From assembly GCA_046861645.1 (NCBI GenBank), contig JBHHUM010000031.1, positions 1-25,026 of the forward strand: a stretch of DNA of 25,026 bases, read 5' to 3'. The translations under genes and the position numbers were made by a program. The first letter of the stretch is position 1. Each line of letters begins with the position of its first letter. Below, one piece after another: positions 8,567 through 18,155 of this stretch. The stretch comes from Fidelibacterota bacterium. GTDB lineage: Bacteria; Fidelibacterota; Marinisomatia; Marinisomatales; UBA2128. The notes under the pieces are model-generated. The model did no database searches and had not been told where the DNA came from. It was given only the letters and a program-made list of their open reading frames with translations.

Positions 8567-9645
8567 GAGACCTCATTCAGAAGAGGGTAGTGAAGTTGAA
8601 GGAGCGACTAAGTCAAGAGGCGTTGGAAGGGATGCTGATAACCAATCTCACCAATGTTCGCTACTTATCCGGTTTCACGGGTTCTGCCGGTACGTGCCTG
8701 ATCTTTGATAAAAAGAGTTATTTCATCTCGGATGGACGTTACCTCACCCAAGCCAGGGAGCAGGTTCAGGGTATGGAGGTTATCATTGATTCAGGAACAC
8801 ATCTACAGATCATCAAAAGGAACAAGCTGATTTCTAACGGTGCGGTACTGGGCTTTGAGGCAGATTATCTTACCGTTTCCCAGATGAACCAGTTGCAGGA
8901 ACTGTTTCCGCAGACCCAATGGGAATCTACTTCTCGCATTGTTGAGGAGATAGCTGCAATTAAAGACGAGAGTGAACTTCGTGCTCTGCGGGTAGCTATT
9001 GAAATTACTGATAAGGTGTTTGATCAGCTCACTCCAGAGTTAAGACCCGGGTCTATCGAGCGCGAGGTAGCCGCGAAGATTTCTTTTGCCTATAAAATTT
9101 TAGGTGCTGATGGTGATTCCTATCATCCTATTGTCGCTTCAGGACCTAATTCTGCTCTTCCTCATGCGGTACCGTCAGATCGAGTATTTCAGAATGGCGA
9201 TTTTGTGGTGCTGGATTTTGGTGCCCTCTATCAGGGTTATCATGCTGATATGACCCGTACTATAGCTATCGGCACCGTCACTGACCGCCATCGGGAAGTA
9301 TATGCTGTTGTGCAGGAAGCTCAGCAACGAGGTTGCCAGGCTGCCCGCGCCGGAATGACCTGCCGGGAACTTGATACTGTTACACGGAACTATATCTCAG
9401 AGCAGGGCTATGGTGATTATTACGTCCACGGGACGGGTCACGGTCTCGGGTTAGAAGTTCATACCATGCCCCGGGTATCTCAGGTAAGTGAAGATACACT
9501 TCAGGAGAACTACGTGGTGACTATCGAGCCTGGAATTTACATCCCGGACTGGGGGGGAGTACGAATTGAGGATGATATTCTTATCTGCAAAGATGGAGCC
9601 GAAGTGTTAAACCAATCTCCCAGGGATTTAATGGTCCTGAACTAA
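8563..9645 (+). CDS. Xaa-Pro aminopeptidase/dipeptidase (M24B)
   Basis: N-terminal NVRYLSGFTGS and DGRY; metal-site motifs DFGA..ADMTRT, HGTGHGLGLEVH, EPGIY, GVRIED. Confidence 0.95.
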   Translation: MRDLIQKRVVKLKERLSQEALEGMLITNLTNVRYLSGFTGSAGTCLIFDKKSYFISDGRYLTQAREQVQGMEVIIDSGTHLQIIKRNKLISNGAVLGFEADYLTVSQMNQLQELFPQTQWESTSRIVEEIAAIKDESELRALRVAIEITDKVFDQLTPELRPGSIEREVAAKISFAYKILGADGDSYHPIVASGPNSALPHAVPSDRVFQNGDFVVLDFGALYQGYHADMTRTIAIGTVTDRHREVYAVVQEAQQRGCQAARAGMTCRELDTVTRNYISEQGYGDYYVHGTGHGLGLEVHTMPRVSQVSEDTLQENYVVTIEPGIYIPDWGGVRIEDDILICKDGAEVLNQSPRDLMVLN

Positions 9646-9695
9646 TTCTGCTTCTTCCTGAATCTGAAGTTAATATCGTTTCATAAATCAATACG

Positions 9696-10307
9696 TTGAC
9701 TAAAATCAGAACACTTTTTTTCGATATTGGGGGAGTATTGTTAAATATTCATCCGGAGAGAACATTGGACTTGTTGGCTAAAAAAAGTGGACTGACTTCC
9801 GATCGTTTAATAGGAGTCATGGACGGACCCATTCACGATGCATACGAACGTGGAGAGCTGACCGAAGAACAATTTTATGAGCAGTTCAGACAAACCCTGC
9901 CTGGTGAAATATCCTTTACAAGGGGTGATTTCTTCCGCGCCTGGCAATTAATGTTAGGGTCTCCTACGGGTACGATGACTTTTGCCCTGGGATTGATACC
10001 AGAGTTCCATGTCTGGCTGGCATCCAATACAAATCCATACCACATAAACATGGGGATAGATGGGTTACTTGATGGATTTACCGGCCGTGTCTATTCCTTT
10101 GAAATAGGATATCGAAAGCCGGAGAGGAAGTTTTTTGAGCAAGCTTTGACTCTGGCAGAAACTACTGTGAATAAATCTCTTTTTATAGATGATAAAATTG
10201 AAAATATAGTAACAGCAAAAGCCTTAGGATTTCTAACTGTTCATTATCGATCCCATGAAGAGTTTGCAGAAGAGATATCCCATATATTAAATGATGAATT
10301 ATCCTGA
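9696..10307 (+). CDS. HAD-superfamily phosphatase (YihX-like)
   Basis: FFDIGGVL, ASNT, RKPE and FIDD motifs; TTG start. Confidence 0.9.
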   Translation: MTKIRTLFFDIGGVLLNIHPERTLDLLAKKSGLTSDRLIGVMDGPIHDAYERGELTEEQFYEQFRQTLPGEISFTRGDFFRAWQLMLGSPTGTMTFALGLIPEFHVWLASNTNPYHINMGIDGLLDGFTGRVYSFEIGYRKPERKFFEQALTLAETTVNKSLFIDDKIENIVTAKALGFLTVHYRSHEEFAEEISHILNDELS

Positions 10308-10479
10308 ATCTCAAAACCAATTCCAGTAAATTACATTTTGTGAAAACGTTACAGATCAACAATGACCTGTTGATTAACTGCATATCTCCCCGAATATGTC
10401 TCCTTTCCGAAATAACATTTCTTCTTAAGATACATCTGATGTTAGTAGAAGTCAATATTACCCTTACTCCCTGGGACTG

Positions 10480-11217
10480 ATGCGCGTCGTTATCACCTAC
10501 TTTCTATTGATATCTACAGTCTTTTCGTTTTTAGCTGCTGATGAATCTGAGACCTATTTGGGCTATTTCTCCCGTGGTTTAAAGCAGACCGTTGCTGATG
10601 GTACCAACCAGATTATCCTGAGTACTGCTTTGTTGGGTGGAGTACTATTACGAGGACAGGATGTACCCCTTCGGAATAGGGTTCAACCCGAGGGGTTTAT
10701 GTCGGACCAACTTTCGCTGGTGCTCGACAAATACGGCAACGGGTGGGCTTATAGTTCTGCACTTGTAGGTGTGGGAGTTTTATCTTATCACCAGGGAGGA
10801 AGGGATCAACTGGCACGAGATATCAGATATCTGACCACGACCTTAGGAACAACAGGGGCGGTCACCTCATTGCTGAAGTGGGCAGTGGGGCGTGAACGGC
10901 CGAATGGGAGCGATCACAAGTCATTTCCATCGGGGCACACTTCTGCCAGCTTTGCCCTGGCTGCAGCTTTAGATGAACTATACGGTCAGCCGGTTGGTTG
11001 GTTGACCTACCTGATTGCTACCGCGGTAGGTGCCCAGCGGATTCATGGAGATAAACATTGGTTGACTGATGTCATTGCGGGCGCAGCCCTGGGGACAGTC
11101 ATTGGGCGGGGTTTTGCCGTTGAGCATCAGAGAGACAAAAAGGGAGTTGCTAAAGCCACAACGCTTTACAGGCCGGATTATGGTTTCGCTATATTATTGG
11201 TTGTACCCATTAAGTGA
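10480..11217 (+). CDS. PAP2-family phosphatase
   Basis: K.AVGRERP, SFPSGH and RIHGDKHWLTD catalytic motifs; N-terminal signal-like segment. Confidence 0.92.
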   Translation: MRVVITYFLLISTVFSFLAADESETYLGYFSRGLKQTVADGTNQIILSTALLGGVLLRGQDVPLRNRVQPEGFMSDQLSLVLDKYGNGWAYSSALVGVGVLSYHQGGRDQLARDIRYLTTTLGTTGAVTSLLKWAVGRERPNGSDHKSFPSGHTSASFALAAALDELYGQPVGWLTYLIATAVGAQRIHGDKHWLTDVIAGAALGTVIGRGFAVEHQRDKKGVAKATTLYRPDYGFAILLVVPIK

Positions 11218-11226
11218 GGTAATTCA

Positions 11227-13239
11227 ATGGCAAAAAAACAACTAATTCAAATATCTGATCTTTACCGACTCAAACTGGTGAGTGATCCCCAGATTTCTCC
11301 CAATGGCTTGCAGGTCGTATTTGTGGTAGAAACTATGCACAAGGGGGATAAAAAGTACTATTCTAACCTCTGGTTGGTGTCAGTAATGGGTGGACGTCCA
11401 CGGAAACTGACGCATGGGAAGATAAATGATACCTGTCCACGCTGGTCACCTGATGGCAAAACCATTGCGTTTATTTCAAAACGTCCTTCCCCGTATAACT
11501 CCCCAGTTGGTCGGAGCAGCAGTAGCCAGATATGGCTTCTTCCCATGGAAGGAGGTGAAGCTCGCCTCCTGACAAGGCTTCCCAGAGGTGAGGTTTCAGC
11601 CCTTAAATGGTCACCGGATGGTAAAGAGATTGGATTTCTCTTCCATCCAGTGGGTAAAGAAGTCAATTTCAGGGATGGTAAACCGGAAATACCGGTTTAT
11701 CGTCATATTAAGGATATGTGGTACCGCTTGGATGGGGAAGGTTTTTTCGATAGTGAAAATACTCACCTCTGGGTAACAAAGGTTCGTACAGGGGTCTCTC
11801 GACAGTTGGTGACGGGGAAATGGAATGATACCGGTTTCGACTGGTCTCCAGATGGAGAAAAGATTGCTTTTATATCTAATCGCCGGGAAGACTGGCAATA
11901 TCACTTGGAAGAAGATGAACTTTATCTGGTGATGGTAAAGGGTAACAGTCGTATCCAGCATATTTCTGCCCCTAAAGGTCCTAAGGAAGGTATCTCTTTT
12001 TCACCTGATGGTGAGTGGTTGGCTTATATTGGACATGATCGACCTTACGAGGGATGGGGTGTGGTTAATTATACAGTACGTACTGTGAATCTGGATGGCA
12101 GTGAACACCGTAGTCATACAGATGCTCTGGATAGAACCGCATATCCCGTAACTCTCGGTGATGTGACTCCGGGATTTGTAGTTACCGCCCCTGTCTGGAG
12201 CCGTGATGGGAAAGAGCTTTTCTTCAAGGTATCTTCGGAGGGGGGTGCACCTCTTTACCGGGTGAAAGTTGATAGCAATCGAATCGAGCTCGTTGTAAAT
12301 GAAAAAGTAGTAGTGACTTTTTCAATGGATATTTCCAGGAAAAGAGTCGTTTTTCATGGTGGGCAGTCCGAAGCTCCTGATGAAGTTTTTGTCAAGATCT
12401 TACCACAGGATAATTTGCGGCAAATTACACGACTTAATAGTGGATATATCCAGGGAAGACAGTACAGCTTACCGGAGGAAGTATGGTTTAAAAGCGGGAA
12501 GAAGAAACTCCAGGGGTGGCTGCTGAAACCGCCCGGTTTTTCTTCCAGAAAAATGTATCCCTTTATTCTGGAGATTCACGGGGGTCCCCGTTGTCAATAC
12601 GGTCGGCTTTTCATTCATGAAATGCAGGTATTGGCAGCTCATGGTTATGTGGTCATGTACACCAATCCCCGGGGAAGTCAGGGTTATGGTGAGGAATTTG
12701 CTGATACTATTACTGGTAAATGGGCTGAACCTGCCATGACCGATTTGATGGCAGCTGTGGACTACGTCTTGTCACTGGGCTTCATAGATGAGCGACGATT
12801 GGGGATCACCGGTGGGAGTTATGGTGGCTATATGACCAACTGGATAGTGACGCATACGGACCGCTTCCAGGCGGCAGTTACACAACGGAGTGTTTCCAAC
12901 TTTGCCTCTATGTTCGGAACTTCTGATGTTGGGTTTGATATCCAATGGGAATTTAAAGCGACTCCGTGGGAAGACTCCGATTTATATGCTCGGTGGTCAC
13001 CTATTACCTATATTGATCGATGTGTTACACCCCTATTGATTATCCATAGTGAGCACGATTGGCGGTGTAACCTGGAGCAGGACGATCAGATGTTTATGGC
13101 TTTGAAATTCCTTAAGCGAGAAGTGGAATATGTTCGTTTTCCTGAGGAACCGCACGGGCTTTCCCGGCATGGTCGACCCGATAGAAGAGAGGCTCGACTT
13201 AAATTCATCATTGACTGGTTTAACCGTTATCTGAAATAA
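11227..13239 (+). CDS. S9 family peptidase (acylaminoacyl-peptidase-like) with a PD40/TolB-type propeller
   Basis: Repeated WSPDG blades; IHGGP, NPRGS.GYG, nucleophile GGSYGG, Asp in EHDWRC, His in EEPHGL. Confidence 0.95.
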   Translation: MAKKQLIQISDLYRLKLVSDPQISPNGLQVVFVVETMHKGDKKYYSNLWLVSVMGGRPRKLTHGKINDTCPRWSPDGKTIAFISKRPSPYNSPVGRSSSSQIWLLPMEGGEARLLTRLPRGEVSALKWSPDGKEIGFLFHPVGKEVNFRDGKPEIPVYRHIKDMWYRLDGEGFFDSENTHLWVTKVRTGVSRQLVTGKWNDTGFDWSPDGEKIAFISNRREDWQYHLEEDELYLVMVKGNSRIQHISAPKGPKEGISFSPDGEWLAYIGHDRPYEGWGVVNYTVRTVNLDGSEHRSHTDALDRTAYPVTLGDVTPGFVVTAPVWSRDGKELFFKVSSEGGAPLYRVKVDSNRIELVVNEKVVVTFSMDISRKRVVFHGGQSEAPDEVFVKILPQDNLRQITRLNSGYIQGRQYSLPEEVWFKSGKKKLQGWLLKPPGFSSRKMYPFILEIHGGPRCQYGRLFIHEMQVLAAHGYVVMYTNPRGSQGYGEEFADTITGKWAEPAMTDLMAAVDYVLSLGFIDERRLGITGGSYGGYMTNWIVTHTDRFQAAVTQRSVSNFASMFGTSDVGFDIQWEFKATPWEDSDLYARWSPITYIDRCVTPLLIIHSEHDWRCNLEQDDQMFMALKFLKREVEYVRFPEEPHGLSRHGRPDRREARLKFIIDWFNRYLK

Positions 13240-13471
13240 TCTTCTATTTATATCTGAAAAGTAATATGTCAATTCGTAACCCAAAGCCAGATAGTTTTCA
13301 AGGCAAATTATAGGGAAAACAACTTATTGTTTGTTTAGCTAATATTCCAACCATTGTTGATTTGATGATCATAGTAATTCCACCAATGACAGGTTATTGT
13401 CTTGATGGGCTAATCTATCTACGTGCAAACTACATTTCTAATGCACCTTACATTTCATAGATTCCGCTTGT

Positions 13472-14020
13472 ATGATTGCTCCTGATACCAACGTAGTGTT
13501 GCGTCCCCTATCAGAAAAGGACATCCCTTTCTGGAAAAAACTCCTTGCTGAACCCCAAACGAGAGAACACCAACCACTAACAGACAGATCAATAGACGAG
13601 CTTCGTCGACAATTAAATCGCTATGCTGTGCATGATCTCAATGATCCTCATCATCGGGAATACAAATGGGTCGCATTTGATGCTGAATCCCGTGTGCGAG
13701 TTGGTGTTGTTTCTTTTGACAGACTGCATATCGGACAGAAAATCGGTCGTATTGGTTACAGTATTGCCCCCCAATGGTGGGGTATGGGTTTTGGTACTAT
13801 GTCGGTTAAAACGTTGGTAGACAAAATATTCAGGGAGTCCGATTGCCAGCGGATTGAGGCTGAGTGCTCCATCTACAATACTGCTTCCTGTAAAGTACTG
13901 GAGAAAAATGGTTTTATTCGAGAAGGAACCAAGCGGGGCTATCTGGAAATTCATGGTGTCAGGGTGGATCATTACAGTTTCGGACTGTTGAGGAGTGATT
14001 GGGAAGGGACTGATAATTGA
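13472..14020 (+). CDS. GNAT N-acetyltransferase, RimJ/RimL type
   Basis: IGYSIAPQWWGMGFGT and NTASCKVLEKNGFIREG motifs. Confidence 0.92.
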   Translation: MIAPDTNVVLRPLSEKDIPFWKKLLAEPQTREHQPLTDRSIDELRRQLNRYAVHDLNDPHHREYKWVAFDAESRVRVGVVSFDRLHIGQKIGRIGYSIAPQWWGMGFGTMSVKTLVDKIFRESDCQRIEAECSIYNTASCKVLEKNGFIREGTKRGYLEIHGVRVDHYSFGLLRSDWEGTDN

Positions 14021-14059
14021 CAATCTTTAACTTTCAGTAATTGGTACAAGGAGTTTATT

Positions 14060-14851
14060 ATGGCAATACATTTCAAGGATAAACGGGCCATCGTTACAGG
14101 TGCGTCAAGTGGTATCGGTAAAGGAATTGCTCTTAGGTTCGCCGAGTTAGGAGTGAAGGTTGTACTTACAGCTCGACGGTTGGAGGAGCTGGAAGGAGTG
14201 GCTGCAGACATCACTGCCAAAGATGGATCAGCGATTGTTGTCCCTGGCGATGTCACCAACCCAAAAGAGGTGGAACACGTGGTGCGTACCGCTAAAGATG
14301 AGCTGGGTGGTGTGGATATTTTAGTCAATTGTGCCGGTGTAGCGGGACCCATGATCTTCGAGGAGACGCCACGGGAGCGGATTCATCAACATATGGCAGT
14401 GAACTATTTTGGTGCGGTAGAATTTATCCAAAATGTTCTTCCCATCATGAAGGAACAAGGAGATGGATACATCGTGAATATTTCCTCTATATCTGGATTG
14501 AAAGGGTTACCTACGTATGTTTCCTACGGCGCCAGTAAGTTTGCCCTGTATGGATTTTCTGATGCCTTGAGACATGAGGTGAAGAAATATGGTATTAAAA
14601 TATCTGTGGTAGCACCTCCGGGTGTACATACCCCTATGGTAGATGATGATCTGGATAGTCATGCCGACTGGTTCCACAAATTCAGAGTGTTGGAAGTAAA
14701 GCAGGTGTTAGACAAATTGATAAGCGGAATGCGAAAAGGACGTTTTTTAATACTGGTGTCTGCCGATACAAAACTAATGTATGCAATGGTCCGCTTTTTC
14801 CCTCGTGCTTTCACTACACTTTTAATGTGGCTCTACAAAATGGAAAAGTGA
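14060..14851 (+). CDS. Classical short-chain dehydrogenase/reductase, probably NADP(H)-dependent
   Basis: TGASSGIG, basic TARR, VNCAG, catalytic YGASK; AAGGAG RBS. Confidence 0.93.
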   Translation: MAIHFKDKRAIVTGASSGIGKGIALRFAELGVKVVLTARRLEELEGVAADITAKDGSAIVVPGDVTNPKEVEHVVRTAKDELGGVDILVNCAGVAGPMIFEETPRERIHQHMAVNYFGAVEFIQNVLPIMKEQGDGYIVNISSISGLKGLPTYVSYGASKFALYGFSDALRHEVKKYGIKISVVAPPGVHTPMVDDDLDSHADWFHKFRVLEVKQVLDKLISGMRKGRFLILVSADTKLMYAMVRFFPRAFTTLLMWLYKMEK

Positions 14852-15783
14852 ATTTACGGCAGCGGCTGAATTCGGGGACTCCAATCTTGTTGGACGGAGC
14901 TATGGGAACGGAACTGGAACAGCGTACAGTCGATGTCTCCTTGCCCCTCTGGTCCGCTGCGGTTGTGGAACATCATCCTGAGATAGTAGAAGAAGTTCAC
15001 TCTGATTACCTTGCCGTTGGAGCAGAGGTTCTGACGACGGCCACCTTCAGAACCACCCCTCGTACATTTATGAAAATTACTTCTAATTGTCGGGAAGCTG
15101 TTTCAAGGGCAAAAGAGGCCACTTTAGTAGCGGTTTCTCTGGCAATGAAAGCTGCCCAGGGCCAAGCATGGGTAGCAGGATCTATGGCACCTTTAGAGGA
15201 CTGTTACCGGCCAGAACTTTTCCCGGGTGTAGCTGAGGCTAGTTTTGAATTTAGAGAATTGGCAGAGTGGTTGATGGAAGGGGGTGTTGATTTTTTCTTG
15301 ATCGAAGCTATGACACGTATTGATGAGACCATCACGGCGTTACAATCTACAGGAGACTTGGGACTTCCTCGCTGGGTAAGTTTCATTCTTGCCGACGCTG
15401 AGCATCTACTGTCCGGAGATAAGTTGGCGCGAGCAGTCATATCAGTGAGTGAGCACGGTGCAGATGCTGTTCTGGTAAATTGTACTGATCCCTTGGTTTC
15501 CATTGAAGCGTTGGAGATAATTCAGCGGTTTACTTCATTGCCCTTGGGTCTGTATCCTAATCTAGTCATCTCTGATACGAAATCTACATACTATTCCCTG
15601 AAGGACTTTGAACAGATTATGAGGAATGCTGTCCGAAAGGGAGCTCGTATTATCGGGAGCTGCTGTGGTTCATCGCCAGCTCATATTGCCACATTAGCAC
15701 GAATTATTTCTAACTTGCAGTTACTATTATTAATGTTTATTATATTTGCATCATACAATTATGGAAGCAGGGGAATTACTTAA
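14848..15783 (+). CDS. Homocysteine S-methyltransferase family protein (single domain)
   Basis: LLDGAMGTEL, LWSA, Zn ligands VNC and GSCCG. The GTG at 14848 overlaps the SDR stop (GTGA). The 3' end runs into marR. Confidence 0.88.
   Translation: MNLRQRLNSGTPILLDGAMGTELEQRTVDVSLPLWSAAVVEHHPEIVEEVHSDYLAVGAEVLTTATFRTTPRTFMKITSNCREAVSRAKEATLVAVSLAMKAAQGQAWVAGSMAPLEDCYRPELFPGVAEASFEFRELAEWLMEGGVDFFLIEAMTRIDETITALQSTGDLGLPRWVSFILADAEHLLSGDKLARAVISVSEHGADAVLVNCTDPLVSIEALEIIQRFTSLPLGLYPNLVISDTKSTYYSLKDFEQIMRNAVRKGARIIGSCCGSSPAHIATLARIISNLQLLLLMFIIFASYNYGSRGIT
15715..15760 (+). promoter_or_regulatory. Putative marR promoter and operator
   Basis: TTGCAG-17 nt-TATTAT, then the imperfect palindrome TTGCAT-C-ATACAA (15746-15758) just before the ATG at 15761. 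Confidence 0.55.
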
Positions 15784-16186
15784 AGATTTGACTATAACCT
15801 TAAATGCTCTCTACAGACGTAGTGTTGCCAATACAGGATTGACAGTACCCCAGAGCTTTGTATTATCCAGTATTCCTGACGAAGGTGTAGATATGTCCAC
15901 CTTGGCGTTGAGACTGGGTATAGATAATAGTACCGCCACTCGGTTAGTGTCTACTCTGGAAAAGAGTGATTATGTCGAAAGGCGTAGGGATAATTCCGAT
16001 GCTCGCATTGTTCATGTTTTTCTGACTCATATAGGTGAAGAAGCAGTAGAACTCTTGGAAGTGGCAGAGGAACGATTAGGGAGAATTGTTCTGAATAATA
16101 TCCCCGTAGAAAAACAGGAGAAGACCAAAGAAGTTTTGGAGGAATTTCTGTGGAATCTTTCTCGTGAACAGATGAATAAAGGGTAA
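15761..16186 (+). CDS. MarR-family transcriptional regulator
   Basis: GLTVPQ, wHTH LALRLGIDNSTATRLVSTLEK, wing RRRDNSDARIVHVFLT. Confidence 0.93.
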   Translation: MEAGELLKDLTITLNALYRRSVANTGLTVPQSFVLSSIPDEGVDMSTLALRLGIDNSTATRLVSTLEKSDYVERRRDNSDARIVHVFLTHIGEEAVELLEVAEERLGRIVLNNIPVEKQEKTKEVLEEFLWNLSREQMNKG

Positions 16187-16189
16187 TAC

Positions 16190-17260
16190 TTGCAGCATAC
16201 AAATATAAGAGTACAAAAGCTGCTTTCCTGGTATCAGGTAAGTCAGCGGGAATTGCCCTGGAGAGGTACCAATGATCCCTATAAAATCTGGCTATCAGAA
16301 GTGATGTTACAGCAGACTCAAGTTAATACAGTTATACCTTACTATAAGCTTTGGATAGATACCTTTCCCACGTTAACGGACGTTTCCAGAACATCTCTGG
16401 ATAGAGTTTTGAAGATCTGGGAAGGTCTAGGTTATTACGCCCGCGGTCGGAATTTCCATAGGGCGTGCCAGATTGTCGTTCGGGAATATGATGGCATTAT
16501 TCCTTCCTCATGGAAGGAATTCAGAGCATTGCCAGGTGTGGGTGATTATACGGCAGCAGCAGTGCTGTCCCTTGCTTTTGGAATGCAGTATCCAGTATTA
16601 GACGGCAATGTTTTTCGTGTGATGAGTCGACTGCGTTCATTTGATGGCAAACGTATAGATGGAGAAAAAGAGTTTGATACCTTACTTCGAAAATGGATTA
16701 TTAAATATGATCCCGCTATGTTTAATCAAGCATTTATGGAATTGGGAAGTCAAATCTGCAAGCGGCGAAATCCTCATTGTAAGAGATGTCCCTTGTCAAG
16801 CTATTGTTCAGCTTATTCAAAGGGAAATCCCGAATTATATCCTATCCCCAATAAGAAGCCACAGCGGCCTCATTGGACCGTAGTTGCAGGGATGATTTGG
16901 AATAATAATCGATTTCTGATACAGAAACGTCCCTTAAAGGGACATTTGGGAGGATTATGGGAATTCCCCGGAGGAAAAGTGGAAGAAGGAGAAGAATTGT
17001 CAAGGGCTCTCAGTCGTGAAATTCTCGAGGAGACAGGATTGGTAGTAGTACCAGGTCCAACTCAGGCTGTTGTTAAACATAATTATACACACTTCTCCAT
17101 TACTCTCCATGTTTTTCACTGTTACCTGAACGGTTCCTCGGTTCCTCTGGAGACAAAGGACCGCCGCTGGATTACCCCCCAGCAAATTGCTGATTACTCG
17201 TTTCCAAAAGCTAACCATAAACTGTTTGAACAATTATATAAACATGGATGGCAAAGATAG
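16190..17260 (+). CDS. mutY: A/G-specific adenine glycosylase MutY with a C-terminal Nudix domain
   Basis: RELPWR, SEVMLQQT, WEGLGYY, HhH LPGVGDYTA, LDGNV, [4Fe-4S] motif C-x6-C-x2-C-x5-C (CKRRNPHCKRCPLSSYC); TTG start. Confidence 0.96.
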   Translation: MQHTNIRVQKLLSWYQVSQRELPWRGTNDPYKIWLSEVMLQQTQVNTVIPYYKLWIDTFPTLTDVSRTSLDRVLKIWEGLGYYARGRNFHRACQIVVREYDGIIPSSWKEFRALPGVGDYTAAAVLSLAFGMQYPVLDGNVFRVMSRLRSFDGKRIDGEKEFDTLLRKWIIKYDPAMFNQAFMELGSQICKRRNPHCKRCPLSSYCSAYSKGNPELYPIPNKKPQRPHWTVVAGMIWNNNRFLIQKRPLKGHLGGLWEFPGGKVEEGEELSRALSREILEETGLVVVPGPTQAVVKHNYTHFSITLHVFHCYLNGSSVPLETKDRRWITPQQIADYSFPKANHKLFEQLYKHGWQR

Positions 17261-17318
17261 TGATACCTAAGGAATTATCCGGAACTTCACCAGGTAGTAG
17301 AGAGATGTTGGCGGTAGT

Positions 17319-18155
17319 ATGACAACTTTCTGGTTGAGTTTAGTTGCAATTGTAGTAGTTGTTTTAATTGGTATTGCGGCGAAATTATTGCGGACTGTGG
17401 AAGCTCATGGTCTGAAAGGTAACGTTGAAATAAGCGATAGAAACATATACCATGCACTGGTTTCACTGGTTCTGTTTCCCCTCTCTTTTCTGGCATTTTT
17501 CTTCGTCGGTTTAATTATGATGATTTCACTGTTCCTTTTTAGTCCTCAGAGGTTGATTCCCATAGCAAACATGTGCAGTCGGCTGGTTTTATTATGTTCT
17601 GGTGCCTTCTGGAAGGTTCATGGCCGTGAAAATGTTGACAAAAACAAAACTTATATTTGGATGTTTAATCACCAGTCTATTTTAGACATATTTGTTATCG
17701 GCATGGTAGTGCCTCATTACATTGTGGGCATTGCCGCCCAGTACCAGTTCAATCTACCAGTATGGGGTTATGTGGTACGGAAATGGGGAAATATCCCTGT
17801 GAACCGGAAAGATACAAGAGAAGCTATAAAAGCCATCGAAATGGCCAAGGAGAAGCTACATAACGGTGTTTCCATTATGATTGCTCCTGAAGGAACACGT
17901 ACCTTTGATGGCAAATTGTGTCCCTTTAAAAAAGGGGCCTTTCATCTGGCTTTGGGAACAGGAGGCACCATCCTTCCCGTGGGAATCCAAGGGCTCTTCG
18001 ATGTGAAAAGAAAAACCGATTGGCGCTTTAAACCCGGCCGGGTTGATATTACCATTGGTCGCCCCATTCCATTTTCTGAATACAATGGTATGACCGTAGA
18101 GGAACTGCGGGATTATGTCAGGGAGAGAATGCTAAAATTAGTGGGTGAAGTGTGA
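17319..18155 (+). CDS. plsC: 1-acyl-sn-glycerol-3-phosphate acyltransferase family protein
   Basis: NHQSILD (HX4D), PEGTR and FKKGAF motifs; N-terminal TM segments. Confidence 0.9.
   Translation: MTTFWLSLVAIVVVVLIGIAAKLLRTVEAHGLKGNVEISDRNIYHALVSLVLFPLSFLAFFFVGLIMMISLFLFSPQRLIPIANMCSRLVLLCSGAFWKVHGRENVDKNKTYIWMFNHQSILDIFVIGMVVPHYIVGIAAQYQFNLPVWGYVVRKWGNIPVNRKDTREAIKAIEMAKEKLHNGVSIMIAPEGTRTFDGKLCPFKKGAFHLALGTGGTILPVGIQGLFDVKRKTDWRFKPGRVDITIGRPIPFSEYNGMTVEELRDYVRERMLKLVGEV

Noticed and set aside
10183..10455. Minus-strand ORF with a GGGGAG-ATG internal start and a 7-bp hairpin (ATCAACA/TGTTGAT)
   Set aside because: It overlaps the HAD gene antisense and has no recognisable motif; the hairpin has no U-tract.
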